64,000 nt of DNA from the human T2T-CHM13v2.0 reference genome, Homo sapiens, in NCBI RefSeq assembly GCF_009914755.1, contig NC_060935.1, one strand, 5' to 3'. Every line of letters starts with the position of its first letter. The stretch's first letter is position 1. Below, one piece after another: positions 27,783-43,920 of the stretch. A model generated the notes under the pieces. That model saw only the letters and a program-made list of their open reading frames with translations. It was not told where the DNA came from and ran no database searches. A program made the translations under genes and the position numbers.

Positions 27783-28667
27783 TGAATAGCTGGGATTACA
27801 GCCGTGCACCACCATGGCCTGGCTAATTTTTGTGTTTTTACCAGAGACTGGTTTTCACCATGTTGGCCAGGCTGGTCTCCAACTCCTGGCCTCAAGCAAT
27901 CTGCTGGCCTCAGCCTCCCAAAGTGCTGAGATTACAGGTGTGAGCCACTGTGCCTAGTCTGACAAGGTGTGCTTAAGCCACTGATGTTTAAAGTAATTAT
28001 TAATATAGTTGGGTTAATATCTACCGTATTTGTTTTTGTGCTCCATTTATTGCCCTTATTCTTTGTTCCTATTTTTGTCTTCCACATGTTTTCTGCCTTT
28101 GTGGTTTTAATTGAGGGTTTTATGTGATTCTGTTTTCTGTCCTTTCTTAGCATATTGATTGATTATACTTGTTTTGTTTTTACTTTTGTAAGTGATTGCA
28201 CTAGAGTTTGCTATATACATTTACAAGTAATTCAAGTCTACTTTCAGATAACACTATACCACTTCACAGGTAGCACAAGTACTTTATAATAACAAAGTAT
28301 TCCTAATTCCTCCCTCCTATCACTGATACTATTGCTGTCATTTATTTCACTTATCCATAAGTATACATAAGCCTATATATAATATACATATATAGTCAAA
28401 TACATTGTTGCTATTAATATTTTGAACAAAATGTTACATTCGAAAAATTAAGAATAAGAAAAATAAAATTGATTCCCAAAGCTCTTCCTTTCTTTATATA
28501 GTTCCAAGTTTCTTACCTATATCATTTTCCTTCTCTTGGAAGAATTTCTTTTAGCATTTCTTGCAGGGCAAGTCTACTGGTGGCAAATTCCTTTCATTTT
28601 TGTTTGCCTGAGAAAGTCTTTATTTCTTCTTCACTTTTTTTTTTTTTTTTTTTTTTTTTTGAGGTAG

Positions 28668-28766
<99 letters not shown>

Positions 28767-29978
28767 TAAGTAGCTGGGACTACAAGCACACACCACCATG
28801 CCTGGCTAATTTTTTTGTATTTTTAGTAGAGATGGGATTTCACCATGTTGGCCAGGCTGGTCTGAAATTCCTGACCTCAACTGATCTGCCTGCCTCAGCC
28901 TCCCAAAGTGCTGGGATTACAGGCATGAGCCACCACGCCTGGCTCTTCTTCACTTTTGAAGGATAATTTTGCAGAGTACAGAATTCTAGGTTGCTGGGTT
29001 TTTTTCTTTCAACACTTTAAATATTTTGCTCCACTTCATTCTTGTTTGTATGATTTCTGAGGTGAAGTCAGATGTAATTATAGTTAAGGTGTTTTTACCC
29101 TCTAGCTTCTTTCAAGATTTTTTCTTTATTTTTGATCTTCTGAAGTTTGAATAAATGTGCTTAGTATAGTTTTGGTGGGCATTTATTTTGTTTAGTGTTC
29201 TCTGAGCTTCTTGGATCTGTAGTTTGGTGTCTGACATTAATTTGGGGAAATCTCAGTCATTATTGCTTCAAATATTGCTTTAGTTCCTTTCTCTCTTTCT
29301 TTTCCTTCTGATATTTCCATTACCTGTAAATTACACTTTTTGTAGTTGTCTTACAGTTCTTGGATATTCTGTTCTGTGTTTCTTTTTTCCAGTAATTTTT
29401 AAATCTCTTTTTCTTTCATTTTTGGAAGTTTCCTTGTCACATCCTCAAGCTCAGAGATTCTTCCCTCAGCCCAGTCCAGTCTACTAAGGAGCTCATCAAT
29501 GGCATTCTTTATTTCTGTTAGTGTTCTTGATCTCTAGCCTTTCTTTCTGACTTTTTCTTAGAATTTCCATCTCTCTGCTTATATTTTTCCATCTGTTCTT
29601 AAATGTTGTCTATTTTTTACATTAGAGCCCTTAACATATTAATCATATTTGTTTTAATTCCCAGTCTGATAATCCCATAATCTATGCCATATCTGAAACT
29701 GGTTCTGATGCTTAAGTTTCTTCAAACTGTTGTTTTTTGCCTTTTAGTGTGCTTTGTATAGTACTATTTTGTTGGAATCTGGACATAATAACTAAGTGAA
29801 AGAAATCCCAGTAAATAGGCCTTCAGTGATAAGGTCTGGGTAAAGTGGTAAGGTTTGGGGGGATGAAAAGCATTCTATAGTCCAGTGATTTGATTCCAGT
29901 GTTTTGTGAGCATGTGTACTTCCAGTCTTCCAGATAGGTTAGGCACTGATAGGTTAGTCCCCCAGTAGGTTAGGCTCT

Positions 29979-30580
29979 TGTGGTATCATATAAAATATAA
30001 TAATCTTGTGTATAATATAAAAATATATTTGGTCTGTCCCTGTCTTCTGGCACAGAACTCCTAAAACCTTTGGAATTTCCCTTGGAATGATAGGAGTGCC
30101 TTTGTTATTCATAACGAGTCCCTTTCAACCATGTCTATGTTTATACCAATAAGGTGACTTATGGTGGGGCCCTTAGACGGCCTCAGGATAGAACTGGTCT
30201 CCAGAAAGAGCAAGTGATTAGAGGGTGAGAATTTTCAGCCCCATTCATCAATCTCTGGGGAGGGAATAGGGACCTGGAGATTGAGCTCTATAAAAACTCT
30301 TGAACAATGAAATTCAGAGAGCTTCTGAACAATGAAATTCAGAGAGCTTCTGAATTGGTGAATACATCCATGTATTGGAAGGGTGGTGCATTCTAATTCC
30401 ATGGGAACTGAAGTTTCTGAGCTCAGGACCATTCTAGACCTTGCCCTGTGCATTTCTTTATCTGGTTGTTCATTTGTGTCCTTTATAATAAACCAGTAAA
30501 TGTAAGTAAAGTGCCTTCCTGAGTACTGTGAGCCATTCTAGCCAATTACTGAACCTGAGGAGGGGCTCATGGGAGCACCA

Positions 30581-30612
<32 letters not shown>

Positions 30613-30616
30613 ATTT

Positions 30617-30651
<35 letters not shown>

Positions 30652-30957
30652 TTTTTGAGATGGAGTCTTGCTCTGTCACCCAGGCTGAAGTGCAGTGGCG
30701 CGATCTCAGCTCACTGCAACCTCTGCCTCCCAGAAGGAACCCTGTATTTATAGCCAATCAGTCAGATGTATGAGTGCCCAGGGACTTCTGATAGGCATCT
30801 TAAATGGAGGAGGTCTTGAGAGATTGAGCCCTTAAACCTATGGCGCCTGATGCCAACTCCAGGTAGTTAGTGTCAGAATTGAATGGAATTGTTGGCATCC
30901 ACCTGGTATCCAGAGAATTGGAGAATTGGTTGCTGGTGTTGGAAAAAAATCCATTCA
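29979..30957 (+). mobile_element. MER21-like LTR
   Basis: TTCTGGCACAGAACTCCTAAAACCTTTGGAATTTCC and CCAGGTAGTTAGTGTCAGAATTGAA motifs. Confidence 0.75.
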
Positions 30958-32952
30958 GATAAAATAGTTCCCCATGATGGTAGGCCTTGTTAAGAAAGAA
31001 GTGCTCTATCATATTTAAAAATAGTTCCTTTTCCTCTTCCCCTGCAAGAAGCCTAAGGGATTTTTCTCCAGTAGTCACTGTGTGTACCTGGTAGACCTTC
31101 AGGAGGTAAAACTCACAAAAGTGTTGGGGCTTCCTAGGACAAGGTCCCCCTGGAGTTTTTAACTCTAAGACTTGTCCACATTGAACCTCCAGCAATTCGT
31201 TAATTACAGGTTAGGTTTTCCTCCCCTAGCACTGGCTCCTGCAGAGGTTTCTGACTGTGGGCTTCCGCTCTGGTAAATTTTGATTCCCTGTATCTTCCTG
31301 CCTGTCTTCAATTTTGGGGCAGCAGTTTGCCCTGTGACCTCGTTTTTTTTTTTTTTTTTTTTGACAGATCTAAGAAATGTTGTAGATTTTTCTGTTTGGT
31401 CAGCTTTTTTATTTGTTGTTAGGATGGATTGGTGACTTTTTTTTTTTTTTTTTGAGGTGGAGTCTCACTCTGTTGCCCAGGCTGGAGTGCAGTGGCATGA
31501 CCTCGGCTCACTGCAACCTCCTTCTCCCGGGTTCAAGAGATTCCTCCTGCCTCAGCCTCCCAAGTAGCTGGGATTACAGGCATGTGCCACCACACCTGGC
31601 TAATTTTTGTATTTTTAGTAGAGACAAGGTTTGACCATGTTGGCCAGGCTGGTCTTGGACTCCTGACCTCGTGATCCACCCACCTCGGCCTCCCAGAGTG
31701 CTGGGATTACAGGTGTGAGCCACTACGCCTGGCGAGTGTTGACTTTTAAGCTGCTTACATGCGAGAATAAAAACTGAAAGTCCTGGACATACTGATTTAG
31801 AGTTGTTCCTGAGATACCCAAATGGAACTCTCCAGTATGCCAAAGGGTATTGATGTGGCTTTCAGTAAGCTGGAGATCAGACCCAAACACTGTGAGTGTG
31901 TAAGAAGTTGGTGAAATCATGGAATGTATGAAGTTAACCTGGGAGTGAACTAAAGACAGTCCTGGGTAATTCCAACATTAAAGGGGCAGCATACAATTTT
32001 GAATGAGCACTGAAGATACATAGTCACTTTCTGATAAAATTAAGTTTTCCCTGGTACCTTGTTATAGCTCATATAAATTTATCAAAGTTCATTACCTTTT
32101 ACTCTTTTACACCCACACCTCCCACACCTCATTTAACTAAAGCAATTATATTATATAATCTGCTCATCCTGGGGCAATTTTTAAGATGTAGACTTTTTAA
32201 CAGTGGAATAAAGTATTTCCAACTACCTTTTAAATAAGGTTCTATAGATTGTTTAATTCAAATCTTTTGTTTAAACATATCACTTTAAAGCAAATATATT
32301 TTATTCCAGTTGGCAAACTAAAGAAAGTTTCGAGTACTGAATTCTAAACCTCCAGAAGTAGGATTAAAAATTTAGATGCTTGAGGATTCCAGGAAACAGC
32401 AACATTTCTGCAGGCTACAGTAGAATAAAGGCTGGAGGGACACATCTGCCAAACTTTATATTATAATTAAATCACTTTGTACTGTCATAGCTTTAGTTTA
32501 GAAGAGAATGTTTGTGGGGATTTTTAATCAGATAAAAATAGGGCTGCTGTTTTCTCTATACCAATTAACATAGTTGACATTTAGCCAGATCTACCCTGGA
32601 CACAGTAGGGGATGTACAGTTTGTCCTGGTTCTGTGGGAAATGGAAAATGCAGTACTTGGCACAAGAAAAATATGTGAACCCAAAAAAATGTTGTCAAAT
32701 ATAGCAAGTCAAATTAAGTAAATTGATTTACTGAAGGGCAGTCTATGCTTTCGAGAGAAAAAAGCAGGAAGAAAGAGTTTCTGGACTACTAAAAAGCTGA
32801 AGAGACCTTGAGTTTAACTGTTAACATTATATGTTAATAAATGAGCATATTTAGTTACAGCCATTTTTCTAGCACTTAAATATGCAATTCTTACGATGAG
32901 TTTAAGAACGGAACTGGTAGTGGCTCATACCCAGCATATAAAGACATGTTAA

Positions 32953-33261
<309 letters not shown>

Positions 33262-33644
33262 TTAAAAATTTTTAGCACAGAAAGACTACTTACATGCCAT
33301 CTAACCCAATTCCTTCACTTATAGATGAGGAAAATTGATCCCAGGGATGTTAAACTGCTTTCATCAAGTCACACTGATATGTTGCCCTCTCAGAACTTCT
33401 GCCACACATCCTTTGGCTCATGCACCAAAAACTTTAGGAGAATATCAACGATATAGTAACATTTCAAATAACTACAATGCTTGAAGAATAGTTTATTCTC
33501 ATTCATTTGAAATTCTGATTAACTAATGTTTTGAAAGAAAAGTAGTTTTATATTTATAACTTCTTAAAAATTTATCCCAGGTGTCTTAGCTCATAGTAGC
33601 ACCTTTACAAGTAATAGGTTGAAAACATGAAATTGCTGATATTA

Positions 33645-34084
<440 letters not shown>

Positions 34085-34214
34085 CTAGTCAGCATCCAAA
34101 ATGGATCTCAGTGATCTTTACCTCTTGGTATTCAAGTCCTTGTATAGCCCCTGCCCATGATGAAGAGAAAAAGAAAGAGAGAGAAAGAAAAGAAAGAAAA
34201 TAAATTTGGGGACT

Positions 34215-34920
34215 TGTATTAGTCAGCATCCAAAATGAATCTCAGTGATCTTTACCTCTTGGTATTCAAGTCCTTGTATAGCCCCTGCCCATAATGAATA
34301 GGAATGACCTGTGCAACCAATAGAATATTGAGGAGTTGAGGATGTTTGACTTCTGAGGCTGAGGTCATAAACAATATTGCAGCTTCCACTTTGCTCTTTC
34401 CTGGCTTATTCACTCTGGCAGGAATCAGCCACCAAGTTATGAGAACACTCAAACAGTCCAAGGGAAAGGTCCACGTGGCAAAGAACTCAGACCTCCCGCC
34501 AATAGCCTGCACTAACTTGCCAGCCTGTGAATGAGCCATCTTGGAAGCAGATCTTTCCACACCACAGTAAAACCTCCAGAAGTCCTGACCAACATCTTGA
34601 TTGCAACCTCATGAGGCACCCTGAGCCAGAACCACCAGCTAATCTCTTCTTAAATTCCTGGCCTATGGAAACTATGTGAGATACTGTTTTTTGTTTATTT
34701 TTTTTTAGAGACAGAGTCTCCCTATGTCACCCAGGCTGGGAGTGCAGTGGCTTTTCAAAGGTGCACAATCAGTACACTACAGCCTGGAATTCCTGGGCTC
34801 AAGACATACTCCTGCCTCAGCCTCCCAAGTAGCGGGGACTACAGGCACATGTCACAGTGCCCACTGAGATGCTATTGTTTTAAGCCACTAAGTCTTGGGA
34901 TAATAGGTAACAAATATGGA
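34215..34920 (+). mobile_element. MLT1E/F-like LTR with nested antisense FAM (~34688-34863)
   Basis: GTGAATGAGCCATCTTGGAAGCAGAT and TTTTAAGCCACTAAG motifs. Confidence 0.7.
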
Positions 34921-34941
34921 GCTTTTACAAATATGTATCTG

Positions 34942-35810
<869 letters not shown>

Positions 35811-36960
35811 TATAAGACTAGATAGTATTAGGAAATTTTACAGCATTACTAAGGAATGGAATTTTGTTTGTTTTAAAATATGGTTTATAGTTCATGTGGT
35901 TTCCTTGGACCAATAAGACCCTTCCTAAATCCATTCCAGAGATTATTATTTTGGGTCTCATTCCCTCCTTAGAGAGCCCTCTAAGAATCTCTCCCTGCAA
36001 GGTGACTCAAGTTCACACCAATGTTTCTCTGCTTTGATCCTTAGTAAAACTTGTTGGACTTCACAGTTCATTCTTTTAGCATCTAATCTCTAATTGTTTC
36101 AAGTATGCATTGCTTATCTCTTCAATTAGATCAATTCGATTGTAAAATTCCTGCAGCCAGGACCACATCTTTTACTTGCTTTAGACCTTCAACATTGTTG
36201 TCTGCTGGGGGCACATTACATGAGTATCATTACTCATTTATTGATTGACCAAATTAATAGAATCGCTTCTCAACATAGTTTTCCTCCTTGAAGATCATTT
36301 TATCCTAGAAACCATTCTTTATTTCAGAATGTGGCATAGATTTTCGACATGGACTTTTTTCCCCCAAGAAAATCATACAGTACTTTAAAACACCCAAGTC
36401 TATCATATAATCCTCTTTGAGTTATTCATATTTCCTAAATGTGCTGAATTTTTTGCTATCACTTTGTGACTTTCTCCAATTGTGAAGCTACTAATTTAAT
36501 TATATTATTTTATAATTGCTAAAATACAGGTTAGGCCAAAAAGAGCTTGCTGTGGTAACTACATGGACTCTGTCTGAAAGGCCCACCCCTAACATTTGTA
36601 ATAGTGGGACCAAATGATACATAGAAGCCTATATATCATATGTCTAAATATTTCAAAGTCAGGTATCAAACTATCAAACTTTTAGAAAAAAAAAAGAAGT
36701 ATGTTCTATTCTTCTGTCTTGATAAGTTTTCTTCCTAGTTATTTCTTCTCTGAATTTCAGTTTTATATTTTCTATTTCTATCTTGACCTTAACTTGTACT
36801 CATTCTCAGAGTCTTAAAAGATTTAAAAAAAAACCAAAGTGACTGTATTCAAAGTGTTCAAATATGTCGTCCATCAAAAAATGTAAATTAAAAACTGGAA
36901 AATTCCCATTATTTAATGTTAGAAAGGAATTTTTCTAAAGTATTCAAAAGAATCTCTCCT

Positions 36961-37090
36961 GATCCTTTTGTAGTTCATGAGTGTAATGATTGAGTGTTCA
37001 TGCACATGTGTGAGATATGCCACCCTTGAACCTTGTTACACCGTTGTCACATTGCCCGTTTGACATGAAAAAAAGAAACAAAAGAAAAAT
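36961..37090 (+). pseudogene. U13 snoRNA (SNORD13) processed pseudogene
   Basis: ATCCTTTTGTAGTTCATGAG...GCCACCCTTGAACCTTGTTAC...CCGTTTGAC matches U13 end to end; A-rich tail; TSD aaaagaatctctcct (36946-36960) / aaaataatctttcct (37086-37100). Confidence 0.9.
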
Positions 37091-37477
37091 AATCTTTCCT
37101 AAAATTTCTAAAGAGAAAAGCAAATTAGAATCATTAAATATCAACTTCTTTTTCAGATTCATCATCTGCTCTGAAAATGTCAAAATTTTAAATCAAAAGA
37201 ATTAAACAAAAAATGTTTTAAAAATTATTTGCATCATTTAAATATTTTAATAAAAATAAAACCATTTTTAATGGTCACATTCAATGGCCACTCAGTGGCC
37301 AATGTGAAGAAATGGTATCACACTTCACGCATGTTATGTATAACCTTCATATACACACATTTGAATAATATAAATTGTTTTATCTTAGAAAATGTTCCTC
37401 AGCCACCATATTTAATTATTGCAAATAAAATACTAGTTCACAAGTAGTCAGGAAACACAAATTAAAACATGAAGAAG

Positions 37478-37811
<334 letters not shown>

Positions 37812-38140
37812 TTACGCAAAAATCTTTTGCACTCTTGATAACTGAAAGGTCTGAAAAGTTAGTCTCTTCTCTTACCTAGGTGCTTCTGTTATTCACATTC
37901 TCCTAAATTGCTCATGTTCATCTTCATATCTTGTGGTGGTATAATGCAGAAGACATCACAGAATTTGGACACAATTGCCTTTTCATTTAGTGACGTAGGA
38001 TAAGAGATATAAAGAAGCATTTTCCTGGGCCTTAAATGCTGTTAAGCACGAGTGGATGCTTAAGAACACACTGTGTCAATGCTAAGAGCCAGATCTTGAG
38101 TATCAGAAGTGCCCATGTGTTGTTAAATAAATTTTTTTGG

Positions 38141-38539
<399 letters not shown>

Positions 38540-38614
38540 TTATCAAAAGTTAATCACCGAAAGTCAGAAATTTTTTTCTAGTCTCATGTATGATTTACAG
38601 ATTAAATAATAATA

Positions 38615-38908
38615 TTATTATTTTTTTCATGGCAAGGTGTCACTCTGTCAACCAGGCTGGAGTGCAGTGGTGTGATCTCAGCTCACTGCAACCTGTCTCC
38701 TAGGTCCTAGTGATTCTCCTGCCTCAGCCTCCCAAGTAGGTGGGATTACAGGCATGCACCACCACACCAGCTTATTTTTGTATTTTTAGTAGAGACAGGG
38801 TTTCACCATGTTGGCCAGACTGGTCTCAAACGCGTGACCTGAAGTGATCTGCCCACCTCAGCCTTTCAAAGTGTTGAGATTACAGGTGTGAGCCACTGCA
38901 CCCAGCCC
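38615..38908 (-). mobile_element. AluS
   Basis: Antisense dimer. Confidence 0.9.
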
Positions 38909-38939
38909 AAATTAAATAATTAAGTTATTCATAGTGATA

Positions 38940-39500
38940 GAATAATGAGAGTGCAGATTCTGGAGAAATGGTGATTGGGTTCACATCTCAACTTCTCAAC
39001 TTTGTTACTTAGTTGTGTGACCTTGGGCAAGTTACTCAACTTTCTGTGCCTCAATTTCCTCAACTGTAAAACAGGGATAAAAATAATAATATCTAGAGGG
39101 ATGGTTGCTATGCTTAAAAATACCAATCCTACTGAGGAAGGTGCTGAGAACAGTACATGGATCATAGCAAGCTCTATATATGTATTGCTCTTACTATATG
39201 TGCACTCTCCAAAGCATTCTGTAGAACCTAATCCATTCTTGGAAATAACACAATAATTAATGATAATTATGATAATTACAGTGTTTGAATACCTCCCATG
39301 TGCCAAGCACAGCATTTATATTATTTCGTTTAATCCTCAGAACAACCTTGACAGGTAGGCATTATTCTCAATTCTCAGAGGAAGAAACTGAAATTAAGAA
39401 AGGTGAAATAATCTGCTCAAAGGCACAGATAGTAAGTGACAGAGCTGAGCTTTAAATGGAAGTTTTCTGAATCCTAAACCTGTGCTCTTTCTACTTTGTT
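38940..39500. mobile_element. Two MIR fragments in opposite orientations
   Basis: TGTGACCTTGGGCAAGTTACTCAAC core; reverse-oriented GAGGAAGAAACTGAAATT core. Confidence 0.7.
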
Positions 39501-39747
39501 CTTGGCGGACAAACCATGTTGCTTAATGCCAAATTCCTGGTTCTGAGATCCCAGAATACAATGGTTTTGTTATTTGTGAAGATGAAAATTACAAATAATT
39601 TGTAATCACCAAACTGAACCCCTTGAGGGGACAGATTGTTTCCTTCTGCACCCCTAGCACCATGCCTGGAACACAGTAGATAAATAATATTTGTCCAAAC
39701 AATGATGATTAATCTGGAGACAACAATATGCTAGGGAAATGAACAAA

Positions 39748-40360
39748 CTTTTTTTTTTTGAGACAGGGTCTTGCTCTGTCACTCGGGCTGGAGTGCAGGG
39801 GCACAATGATGGTTCACTGTAATCTGGAACTCCTGGGCTCAGGTGATTCTCCTGACTCAGCCTCCTAAGTAGCTGGGCCTACAGGAGCACACCATCATGC
39901 CCAGCTAATTTTTAAATTTTTATTTTGTAGAGATGGGGTTTCACTATGTTTCCTAGTCTGGTCTCGAACTTCTGGCCTCAAGCAATCCTCCCCCTCAGCC
40001 CCCCATAGTGCTGAGATTATAGGTGTGAGCCGCTGCACACAACCAAACATAACATTTTGTGAATTGACAGTCTATAGGTTCATTGAGACAGCTGCAGTGC
40101 TTCCTCTACTTCACGTAACAAATTTTTATGATAAGTAATAATTTTTTCAGCCTGAGCAATATAGTGAGACCCTGTCTCTAAAAACATTTTTTTAAAATAA
40201 ATAAACCAGGAACATTTATGCATACCTGTGGTCCTATCTACTTGGGAGGCTGAGGTGGGAGGATGGCTTGAGACGAAAAGTTTGAGGCTGCAGCGAGCTA
40301 GAATTGTGCAATTGCACTACAGCCTGGGTGACAAGGAAGAATCTTGTCTCTTAAAAATAA
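39748..40360. mobile_element. AluJ (-, 39748-40045) and partial Alu (+, 40148-40360)
   Basis: Alu consensus. Confidence 0.85.
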
Positions 40361-41886
40361 TGATCATCATCATTTTTAAAGTTCAGTTATACTTATGCCC
40401 TCTGTTCTTGCTTTGACATTTTTAACCATGACGTATAGACCTTGACTCTCCCTTGCATCTTTTTGAAATGAAAACTGAGTTTATTCAAATTTCTTCTGGC
40501 TTTAGCTATTATTCCCATGATCCTTGCTAGAAAACAAATTACAGGATATTTGGAGATGTTTCCTTGTTTAGATTTGAATTGCCTGGGCTATTTTTTTTTT
40601 CTCGGAAAAATCTCATAGTACACACAGTTTCGTACCAGCTTGGAACATGGTTATTTGGCCCATCTGCCATTTTAAATAACATTTAAATTTAGGTTTGTAT
40701 ATTTTTAGGGATATGGTGGTGATGCTATAGAGTTTTATTCTGAGAGTTTCAGTTCTTCAGGAGTTCCACAACGAGCAACTTGCATGTAGTCTGAACAATG
40801 TGTTTAGATGCATTTCCCAGCAAGTTTTAGGGGAAAAAATTAAACTCCTCAAGTTCATCTCTCTTCTGCTTGACCAGAGGAGCAGCAATTTATTTACACT
40901 TGAGTTCAGATTAGGAAAAAAGAGGAAGGGGGTTTCAAGCAAACTCATACAGCTCAAGCATCTGGCAACTGTTAACCAAAATGGTGGTGGAAAGAGAAGA
41001 CTTGTGTCAGACAAAATCTCAAGTATCTACTTCCTCATCCTTTCTTAGTGATGAAAACTTTATTTTGGCTGGGTTTATAGCCACCCAAAAAGAAAAGAAA
41101 CCCTTGCAGTTAGGTATGTAGGTATGTGACTAAATTCTAATAAATGAGATGTCATTGAAATTGTTCTTTTGAATTTCCAGGAAGGCTCCTTAAAGGGAGA
41201 TCATGCAGACAGATCATCTCTGGCTCCTTCATTTGGGCTGGAAATAAAACATGATGGCTGAAGCGTGAGCAGTGCTTCTGGGCTATTAGGTAGAAGCCAT
41301 GTGGCAGAGCCATGGGGTAGAAAGATTCTGTGTGCATGATGATCATAGAACTGTTATACCAACTCTGGATGGCTTACTTCTGGACTTCTTTTATGTAAAA
41401 GAGAAATGAATTTATATATCGTTTAAGGGCACTTATTATTCACTGTTTTCTCTTTCTCATCTATACCCAATTCCAAGAGACAGAACGATCCATTAGGATC
41501 TTCATATATGGTTCTATCTTGGAAAAGGTTAAAAAAAAGGATCTGACTATATCTCCATGATACTCCTCACCCCAAATATTACACTCTTTCCACCTGGCCT
41601 ATGAAAGCCAAAGACATCAGGACAGCCTCTTCAAAGAGAGGGAACTTGTTAATTAACCCTAGTTTATGAATATGATAGCAATTTCTCAGATAATATGCTT
41701 ATATTGTCCCAAGATGGACTAATTACATATTCTGGGTTTTGTTCTGTGAAATTAGCTTAAATGATTTCTCTGTATTTGATACAATTCATTAATTGTTAAT
41801 TAATTGTTAATTGGTCCTTTAAGATCTCTAGAATCATTTTTTAGAGTACCAAGAAAGGCAAACTAGCCAAATGTGACTTTTTGACT

Positions 41887-42194
<308 letters not shown>

Positions 42195-43261
42195 TGACTT
42201 TTTACCTCAAGCATCAAACTGCTTTATACATTACATTGAAATATACCTCACAGCTGTTTCCCCAGAAAGACTAGTTTTCTTTTCAAATATTCTCTCATTT
42301 TTACATTCTAACCTCTAAAATGTTTCAATCTGTTATAATGTATTGAGTCTTGTAAGGTTATAAATTAATTTCTTTTTAAGTATGATTTTTGCCCTGGAAA
42401 AGAGATTTTACATGATCAATAATGAATAATTAGTAGGGAAGTAGCCAAGAGTAGAGGATGGGCAGAGAAAAGAAAATGAAAAAAAAGTTAGACTTTAATA
42501 CAGAAGAAAATTTATCTTACGTTTTCTTCCACATTAAACATTTTGGCTAAGTAAATTCTTATAAGGGAAACCAAAAGATTTTTAACCAGCAGAAACAAAT
42601 GCCTGATAAAACCAAAAGACAGGTTTCCTTATGATCTAATAAAGTAATTTTGTCTTCATAATTAGCAAAGTGCTATTGCTAAAATAGCACTTAGGAGATG
42701 ATGCTCAGATATTCCCCCAGTGGGAATAATGTACATGATTCAGACTGTGAGCAATGACAGCATAGGATAACTTACACATTGCCAAATCATATCCCCGGGT
42801 GCCAGAATGTGTGTGAATCTTCTACCTACTACCGACTCATGTCTCTAAGATACGTTGACAGACCTGTTTGTCATGTCTCTTTAGTCTGTGGTGTGGTGTA
42901 ATACAAAGAGCACTGGGTTGAAGGTCAGAAATGTTAGAGTTCTAGTTCAGGCTCTAACACCTGTGGCATTGTGCATGTCACGTGACCTTGCCTGGTGTCA
43001 GCTTCCTCATCTGTAAATTGAGGTTAATGATACCTACATTACTCGCTTTACATGTCTGTTCTGAAGATCAAATGGTATGTACTTATGAGTGCTTTGGAAA
43101 TTTTAAAATATTAAATATTCTATTACTGTAGGTTTTTTCACATATACCTTTGGCCCTACTTAGGGGTCCCCTCCCTTCCTCCCTTTTTCCCTTCCTCCCT
43201 TCCTCCCTCCCTCCCTCCCTTCCTCCCTTCTATTCTTCCTTTCTCTCTTGCTCTCTTTCCT

Positions 43262-43920
43262 ATTTATTTATTTATTTTTTTTTTTGAGATGGAGTCTCAC
43301 TCTATTGCCCAGGCTGGAGTGCAGTGGCGCCATCTTGGCTCACTGCAACCTCTGCCTCCCAGGTTCAAGCAATCCTTTTGCTTCAGCCTCCTGAGTAGCT
43401 GAGATTATAGGCATGTGCCACCAAGCCCAGCTAATTTTTGTATTTTTTTTAGACATGGGGCTTGGCCATGTTGGCCAGGCTGGTCATTCTTTCTTTTTTT
43501 GTAGAGACAGCATCTCGTTTGTTTTGCCTAGGCTGGTCCAGAACTCCTGGCTTCAAGTGATCTTCCTGCCTTGGCCTTCCAAAATGATTTTTTTTTTTGA
43601 TACGGAGTCTCACTCTGTCACCCAGCCTGGAGTGCAGTGGCACGATCTTGGCTCACTGCAACCTCCACCTCCTGAGTTCAAGCGATTCTCCTGCCTCAGC
43701 CTCCTGAGTGAGATTACAGGCAGGTGCCAACACCCCCAGCTAATTTTTTTTGTATTTTTAGTAGAGACGGGGTTTCACCATGTTGGTCAGGCTGGTCTCG
43801 AACTCCTGACCTCAAGTGATCTACCAGCCTCAGCTCCCCAAAGTGCTGGGATTACAGGCTTGAGCCACTACGCCCAGCCCAAAATGTTGAGACTACAGAT
43901 GTGACCCACCGCGCCCAGCT
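43262..43920 (-). mobile_element. Nested antisense Alu cluster, preceded by a CCTT/CCCT tract (~43168-43260)
   Basis: Truncated Alu, then a monomer split by a full AluS (43588-43880). Confidence 0.85.

Noticed and set aside
42668-42692. Hairpin AAGTGCTATT-GCTAA-AATAGCACTT
   Set aside because: An isolated 10-bp stem is near chance expectation in 64 kb of AT-rich DNA; no supporting context
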